A stretch of DNA of 64,000 bases from assembly GCA_965212015.1 (NCBI GenBank), contig OZ243037.1:992001-1056000 (forward strand), in the 5' to 3' direction. Under the pieces are notes generated by a model. That model was not told the DNA's origin, made no database searches, and saw nothing but the letters and a program-made list of their open reading frames with translations. Origin of the DNA: Cenarchaeum sp. Lineage in GTDB: Archaea; Thermoproteota; Nitrososphaeria; Nitrososphaerales; Nitrosopumilaceae. The position numbers and the translations under genes are program-made. Shown here in pieces: positions 58,612-64,000 of this stretch (the first letter of the stretch is position 1; each line of letters starts with the position of its first letter).

Positions 58612-58864
58612 TGCAGGTTATGGGTTTAGACCTGAAAAAATAAATCCATTATGCAGTGATAAATGTCTGAAATATAAAGCAAAACAAAAGTGGGGAATGA
58701 GCCGTTATGACGACGGGCAAAAATTTTGCCCAATATGTCATGTATTCATCAGATTTAACGATTCTAAATGTCCATGTTGTAAATCTAATCTGAACACAAA
58801 AGGCAAAGATTCAAAAAACCGTATAAGAAAAAAGGCAAAAAATTCAGATAAAATTAAAGATTAA
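58598..58864 (+). CDS. small Cys-rich zinc-ribbon protein
   Basis: CSDKC...RYDDGQKFCPIC...CPCC; overlaps the previous stop. Confidence 0.7.
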   Translation: MKRLNAGYGFRPEKINPLCSDKCLKYKAKQKWGMSRYDDGQKFCPICHVFIRFNDSKCPCCKSNLNTKGKDSKNRIRKKAKNSDKIKD

Positions 58865-58974
58865 TATCGTTCCTGATCAGATCGCAAAAATCCCGAGATC
58901 CATGCCTAGGCCACGTTGATTATACAGAACCGGACGCAGATAAGTTTTTATATCAAACAAGCCTAGTACTATCA

Positions 58975-59277
58975 ATGAGTGAATCAAACGATCGATACAA
59001 TAACGCAAAAAAAATCGCTGAAGAGTCGGGAACACTTCTAAAGAATGAATTCGGCTCTGACCTTGATTGGAATTCTTCTCCAAGTACTAATCTTTCATTT
59101 GTCGTAAAGAAAGACAAGAATTACGAGATTATACTAGAGTATAATGCGGCTGATGATTTGTTTTTATTGTATGATAAAAACGCTAGAGCACAAAAAGACG
59201 AGACACTTGGAACCTTCTCCCCAACTGATGCCACGCCTTCAGATATTGTCAAGGCCGTAAAAAACCACGCAGTTTGA
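58975..59277 (+). CDS. hypothetical protein (100 aa), low GC
   Basis: Clean ORF with TATA-like TTTTTATA about 23 nt upstream. Confidence 0.65.
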   Translation: MSESNDRYNNAKKIAEESGTLLKNEFGSDLDWNSSPSTNLSFVVKKDKNYEIILEYNAADDLFLLYDKNARAQKDETLGTFSPTDATPSDIVKAVKNHAV

Positions 59278-59695
59278 AGGTTTAGCTCGTTATCATTTTT
59301 TATCAACTGCCATATTGGCCTCTGAAATGGAGGTTCAGGAATGGATCAAGGTATCTGTTCAGGTCCCTTTACACGTAATTTGCCACTTCTGAGAGGGGAA
59401 CACCCGTATTCTTCCACGACATCCGGTACTATCGTACCGATGAACGTTGTTCCCGTAATCTGTACCTCATCCGATGGTGAGTAAGTCCTGTCAGGCGGAT
59501 AGCTGTAGAACCGTACGAGGTCACCTGTCACGCCTAAAGACAACCATGACGCAAAATTCGCGCCTAGTTCCAGTAGGACGTGGCCTCATACGTAGAACCC
59601 TGCTCAAGATTTAAATGAAAATGCGCCCAACCATACCAGAATGCACGAAAAACACCACAGTCCGGGCACATGCGGGCGGTGCCCCGGGACGCGGC

Positions 59696-59812
59696 ATGGA
59701 GTTTGACATTGCCGCGTTTGCAGCATGGTGTGCCGCCGCCGGAATAATAATTGCAGTATCCGGCCTCAGCTATCGCGCATACCAAAAATCAAGGGGCGAA
59801 TCGACAGACTAG
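59696..59812 (+). CDS. possible 38-aa single-TM protein
   Basis: [38 protein letters not shown]. Confidence 0.35.
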   Translation: MEFDIAAFAAWCAAAGIIIAVSGLSYRAYQKSRGESTD

Positions 59813-60325
59813 GGCATAATGCCGCGCCGGCAAGTACGCCCCCGTCGACGTCAAGGACCGCGCCAGCTATCCGGCTTGCCTCGTCATATGCCATAAACAG
59901 AACCACGTTTGCGACATCCTGCGGCTCGCCGACCCGCCCCAGCCCCTCTATCACCTTTCGCGCGTCCGGATCCTCGAGGTACGGCTTTATCATTCGAGTT
60001 GACAATCCCGGGGCTTGTGCAGTTGCAGCGGATGTTCTGCCCGGCGTATTTGACTGCGATTGATTTTGTAGACATTGCCACGCCGGCCTTGGTTGACGAG
60101 TATGCGGCCAGGCATTCGCGGGACGGCCCTCTCGCCTGAGATGGATTCGGTGTTTATAATGACGCCGCTTTTTGCGTCGCTCATTTTTTTCAGTACCGCC
60201 CTGTCGGAAAAAACACCCACAGGATGTTGGTATGAATCATTTTTTTAACCTCCGCATGCTGTAAAAGTGCACCGGATCATTTGGCGCCCCCGCTGACGAT
60301 TGCGACCCACCTGCACGAGTTACAT
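59808..60325 (-). pseudogene. short-chain dehydrogenase (SDR) pseudogene
   Basis: [47 protein letters not shown]...DVDGG spread over different frames with deletions. Confidence 0.8.
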
Positions 60326-60338
60326 GCGCGCCCTTGAA

Positions 60339-61208
60339 TTACCCCGGTCCCGTGGATTCCAGATATGCCAGTATTCCCGTATAGTCCAAATCCCCAAACC
60401 CCCCGTCGACTGCCCTCCGGTATGTGGCCTCTGCCAGCGTGCTCATCGGGAGGCTCAGCCCCAGTGATCTTGCCGACTCGTTGATTGTCTTTAGATCCTT
60501 TTTGAGGTTCTGCAGTAGAAAGGTGGGCTCGAATTTGCCGTCGATCATCTTGTACGCCTTGTTCTGGCTCATTCCGGTCTTGAAATACGTAGAGTTGAGA
60601 ATCTCAAGGAACACCTTGGGGTCTATGGAGGCGCCGCGGCAAAGCATTATGCCCTCAGAGAGCGACATTGCAAGCATGGCTATCTGGAGATTCATTGCCA
60701 GCTTTACAGAGTGTGCAGTGCCGCTGTCCCCCAGATAAAACACCCTGCCTGCCACTACATCGAGGACGTTTTTGTACCTGTCAAAGCTGGCCTTGTCGCC
60801 GGAGGCCATCATGACTAGCTCCCCCTTTATGGCCACATCGGGGCCCCCCATTACCGGCGTGTCCAGCATTATCGAGCCGGCCTCAGAAAACCGTCTTGCA
60901 ATCTCTTTTGTAGAGTGCGGGTTTATGGTGCTCATGTCGCAGACAGTCAGGCGGTGCGCACCATATACCAGGCCATCGCGCCCAAAGGAGACCTCGCGCA
61001 CTGCATCTGCGTCCCTGACGCACGTTATTACCAGCTCGCACAGGTCTGCCACATCCCGGGGATGCGAGACGATGTTTGCCCCGTGACGCAGCAGCTCGTG
61101 CGTCTTTGCCCTAGTTCTGTTTTGTGCGACGAGCTCAAAGCCGCTATTTAGCAGGCACAGTCCCACCGCGCTGCCCAGCATTCCGGTACCGACAAGACCA
61201 ACCCTCAT
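60339..61208 (-). CDS. beta-hydroxyacid dehydrogenase (3-hydroxyisobutyrate DH family)
   Basis: VGLVGTGMLG, DMSTI, DTPVMGG, VKLAMN, KKDL. Confidence 0.9.
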   Translation of the reverse strand: MRVGLVGTGMLGSAVGLCLLNSGFELVAQNRTRAKTHELLRHGANIVSHPRDVADLCELVITCVRDADAVREVSFGRDGLVYGAHRLTVCDMSTINPHSTKEIARRFSEAGSIMLDTPVMGGPDVAIKGELVMMASGDKASFDRYKNVLDVVAGRVFYLGDSGTAHSVKLAMNLQIAMLAMSLSEGIMLCRGASIDPKVFLEILNSTYFKTGMSQNKAYKMIDGKFEPTFLLQNLKKDLKTINESARSLGLSLPMSTLAEATYRRAVDGGFGDLDYTGILAYLESTGPG

Positions 61209-61304
61209 GATTCCCTTGCATGGGTTGCGCAGGTATTTGAGTGGTTGCCCGGGCGCCGCCAAAAAGTCACAGGATTTTTAAGCGCAGCACGTGTCATACT
61301 CGGG

Positions 61305-62249
61305 ATGAACAGAATGGTTATAGTTTTGATCCTTCTTTGCGCGGCCTTACAGTACGGACTCGAGGCGCACGCAACGCCGCTAGAGCAGACAAGGGCCGGC
61401 ACAGAGCCTGCCGACGTGAAATGCCGGCAGGACCTAGAGCTTGTACTAAGAACTGCAGACGGCAGCCCCGCATGCCTAAAGCCCGGCTCTGTTGCCGAGC
61501 TGATAAAGCGCGGCTGGGCGATTCACGTCCTGCCCGATTACACAGACGGCGGCAATTCAGAGATGTTTGCAGCAGGCGGATTTCAGGTGGAATCCGAGCG
61601 CATAAGCTATTCGCAGAATTCCACCGGATACCTGGCAAGGCCCGCAGCCGACGGGCAGTATCCGGCGGTAATCATGATCCACGAGTGGTGGGGCCTAAAC
61701 GAAAACATGCTTGATATGGCAGAAATACTAGCATCCCACGGATATACGGTTCTGGCAGTCGACCTGTATGACGGGCAGGTCGCCACCACGCCAGAAGAGG
61801 CGCGCAGGCTGCTAGGCTCCTTTGGGCAGCAGTACTGGACTGAAAACATCAGTGCTGCGTCAGAATACGTGCAGGAAAACCACTCGCCTGAAAAGATTGG
61901 CATCATCGGGTGGTGCTTTGGCGGCGGACAGTCGCTGAAACACTCGCTGAATGGTAACGTGGATGCGACGGTAATCTATTACGGACAGCTGGTGACTGAG
62001 AAAAAAGAGCTCGCAGCGCTTGACGCGCCAGTCCTTGGAATCTTTGCGCAGCTTGACTCTGGAATCCCGCCAGAACAGGCGGGCATGTTTAGAAATGCGC
62101 TAGACGAGCTCGGGATACCCAACGAGATTCATGTTTACGAGGGCGTAAAGCACGCCTTTGCAAACCCGTCTGGCGCGCAGTATGCGCCGGATGCGGCCGC
62201 AGACGCATGGGAAAAGACCGTGCGGTTTCTAGAGGCCAGCCTGAAATAG
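61305..62249 (+). CDS. secreted dienelactone hydrolase-family alpha/beta hydrolase with small N-terminal Cys domain
   Basis: HEWWGLN, GWCFGG, YYG, HAFAN; signal peptide followed by CRQDLELV...GSPACLKP...RGW. Confidence 0.9.
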   Translation: MNRMVIVLILLCAALQYGLEAHATPLEQTRAGTEPADVKCRQDLELVLRTADGSPACLKPGSVAELIKRGWAIHVLPDYTDGGNSEMFAAGGFQVESERISYSQNSTGYLARPAADGQYPAVIMIHEWWGLNENMLDMAEILASHGYTVLAVDLYDGQVATTPEEARRLLGSFGQQYWTENISAASEYVQENHSPEKIGIIGWCFGGGQSLKHSLNGNVDATVIYYGQLVTEKKELAALDAPVLGIFAQLDSGIPPEQAGMFRNALDELGIPNEIHVYEGVKHAFANPSGAQYAPDAAADAWEKTVRFLEASLK

Positions 62250-62261
62250 ATGCCGGCGGCG

Positions 62262-62648
62262 CTATTTGCGTTCCTCTTTTTTTATCCTCCACATCTCGCG
62301 GCCCAGCCGGGACGCCTCAAACTCGATGTGCCCTATTATCCTGTCCCCCCTTCTGACCATCCCAAAGTCCGACTTTTTCAGGTGGAATATCTGCTCCCGG
62401 GTCTTGTAGCCGCCCTCGATTATCCTTACCTTGAACCTCTTGCTGGCCCTGACTGCCAGCTTTCTTGCGTCCTTGACGTCGCCCATCCAGGAGAACATTT
62501 CAAACGTCCCGAAATTCGCAGTTTCAAGATCATGGCTGTACAGCCGGGCCTGGAATTTCAGGTTTTTTTCGGCCGCCTGCGCGTTTAGCCATTCGATCAC
62601 CTGCCTGCCGTACCCCTTTTCAACTCCAAACGACTCTGAATCACCCAT
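62262..62648 (-). CDS. conserved thaumarchaeal hypothetical protein
   Basis: Clean 128-aa ORF with host codon usage. Confidence 0.72.
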   Translation of the reverse strand: MGDSESFGVEKGYGRQVIEWLNAQAAEKNLKFQARLYSHDLETANFGTFEMFSWMGDVKDARKLAVRASKRFKVRIIEGGYKTREQIFHLKKSDFGMVRRGDRIIGHIEFEASRLGREMWRIKKEERK

Positions 62649-62726
62649 CGAGATCTACCGCATATGGTGTGTGTGCTCATCTCATAATCCTTTCCCTGTT
62701 AGACTAAAATAGCATCCCGCCGTCCG

Positions 62727-63101
62727 GTGTGTGTGATTACGGTGGACTGCAGGGAGGTGGAATCCATAAAGCACGAGCTTTTGGTGTACGTCTCTGACAA
62801 CGTGGGGGCGATTCCCGCAATAAAGCTGCACGAGTTCATGCTCTCGCCCATAGAAGACGAGGCAATCGATCTTGGTGAAGTGGTCACCTCCATCAAGGAA
62901 TTCCTCAACTCCATCGGGGAGGGCAGGAATTTCGCGGTACTTTCCAGATCAGAATCAGTCATGATAAAGTCCATTACGGGAAAGACCATAAGCCGGGACC
63001 GGCCAAAGCCAGTCGCGGAACTCTTTTCGTGCCCGCACTGCGGGTTTGTCACCCAGTACGAGATAGAGTTCAACAACCACAAAAAGATCCACTATCTGTA
63101 G
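62727..63101 (+). CDS. hypothetical protein with C-terminal C2H2 zinc finger
   Basis: FSCPHCGF...HKKIHY. Confidence 0.75.
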   Translation: MCVITVDCREVESIKHELLVYVSDNVGAIPAIKLHEFMLSPIEDEAIDLGEVVTSIKEFLNSIGEGRNFAVLSRSESVMIKSITGKTISRDRPKPVAELFSCPHCGFVTQYEIEFNNHKKIHYL

Positions 63102-63153
63102 ATCCTGCCGCACGGCAGGATGTTTATAAGCAGACGGGCCCCTCACCAGATGC

Positions 63154-63315
63154 ATGGATGAGGGGGAAAACGCCACAAAGGTATACTGTGAAAAATGCGA
63201 CAGCGTGTTTGGATCCAAGGCAGAGTACGAGAGGCATTTTGACTCGCATACGGTGTGCGAATCGTGCCCGATTGACACCGTAATTGGCAGGATTGTCGGG
63301 TTTTTCAGGAAATAG
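63154..63315 (+). CDS. small C2H2 zinc-finger protein (53 aa, below ORF-track cutoff)
   Basis: MDEGENATKVYCEKCDSVFGSKAEYERHFDSHTVCESCPIDTVIGRIVGFFRK*; TATA TTTATAAG at about 63123. Confidence 0.75.
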   Translation: MDEGENATKVYCEKCDSVFGSKAEYERHFDSHTVCESCPIDTVIGRIVGFFRK

Positions 63316-63370
63316 CAGTACGGCCGCATGCGGCGCTGATTTTTAAGTATGCTGTATGCTCTGATCAGAG

Positions 63371-63874
63371 TTGAGCGCGCCGGGACTTGTCTTTTCAGAC
63401 TATAGATACGTCCTGCTGGCCGCAGCGATATTTGCCGGCATGCTGTTTCCGCTGTTGCTGGTGTCTGAGTATGTTTTTTTGGAGCCGTACTTTGTAGGCC
63501 ACATCCTACAGGGCACTGAGCTTGGCCTGGTGCTGATCGTGGCGCTGGCCGGCCTGGCAGGGGTGGTGCTGCCAATGAACGTATACCGTATTAGCATGCT
63601 CAAGACGTCAAGAAAAAAAATGTCCGGCGGGGTCCTGGGATCCATGATCGGCTCTGTTGCGGGGGCGTGCGGATGCGGACCGGTGGGCTTTGCACTGTTC
63701 TCGACCTTTGGGAGCATCGGTGCGACGGCCTCTGCGTTTTTGTCAAACTATGAAATCCCGATACGTCTGGTGGCGGTGGGGCTGCTGGCAGTCACATACT
63801 ATACCACGGTCCGATCACTAAAAATGGAATGCCGCGTGGGACAAACAGATGCAACGCAGTCCGGACGGGGCTAG
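63371..63874 (+). CDS. conserved membrane protein with CxC motif
   Basis: Four hydrophobic segments; AGACGCGP. Confidence 0.75.
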   Translation: MSAPGLVFSDYRYVLLAAAIFAGMLFPLLLVSEYVFLEPYFVGHILQGTELGLVLIVALAGLAGVVLPMNVYRISMLKTSRKKMSGGVLGSMIGSVAGACGCGPVGFALFSTFGSIGATASAFLSNYEIPIRLVAVGLLAVTYYTTVRSLKMECRVGQTDATQSGRG

Positions 63875-64000
63875 CTGCGGATTGCAGAAAACCGGTCCGT
63901 GCGGGAATCCCTGACGGCGGTGGACAGGGATTTACAGTTGAGATATCATTGTCAGGGACAAGAACAAGGCATCGTGTTGTGATTTTATCCGTCCATGCGC

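Overview
This is an archaeal chromosome segment from an ammonia-oxidiser-type thaumarchaeon (Nitrosopumilaceae). The assignment rests on archaeosine tgtA, alba, two TFBs, Sec61beta, aIF1, sdhACDB and several hypothetical proteins resembling Nitrosopumilus ones. High GC, giant surface proteins and many decaying genes suggest a host-associated, Cenarchaeum-like lineage (inference). Accessory inserts interrupt the core backbone. (1) Two paralogous giant secreted beta-propeller/Ig-repeat proteins (about 2409 and 2838 aa), near-identical over about 5 kb but with different N-terminal modules. Each has a poly-G tract (G11, G12) between its TATA box and ATG, a candidate promoter phase-variation switch. 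(2) A dispersed 60-bp palindromic repeat found next to promoters and insert borders. (3) A broken anti-phage-type dCTP deaminase. (4) A low-GC S49/ClpP-like protease insert. (5) Stacked IS481 ends. (6) A Panacea antitoxin followed by a small membrane ORF. (7) A very low-GC restriction-modification-like operon led by an AbrB-like ORF and three 26-bp-periodic palindromic sites, beside a truncated SWIM/IS6-type transposase. No CRISPR array, rRNA, reverse transcriptase or integrase was seen. All family assignments are motif recognition by eye, not database results.
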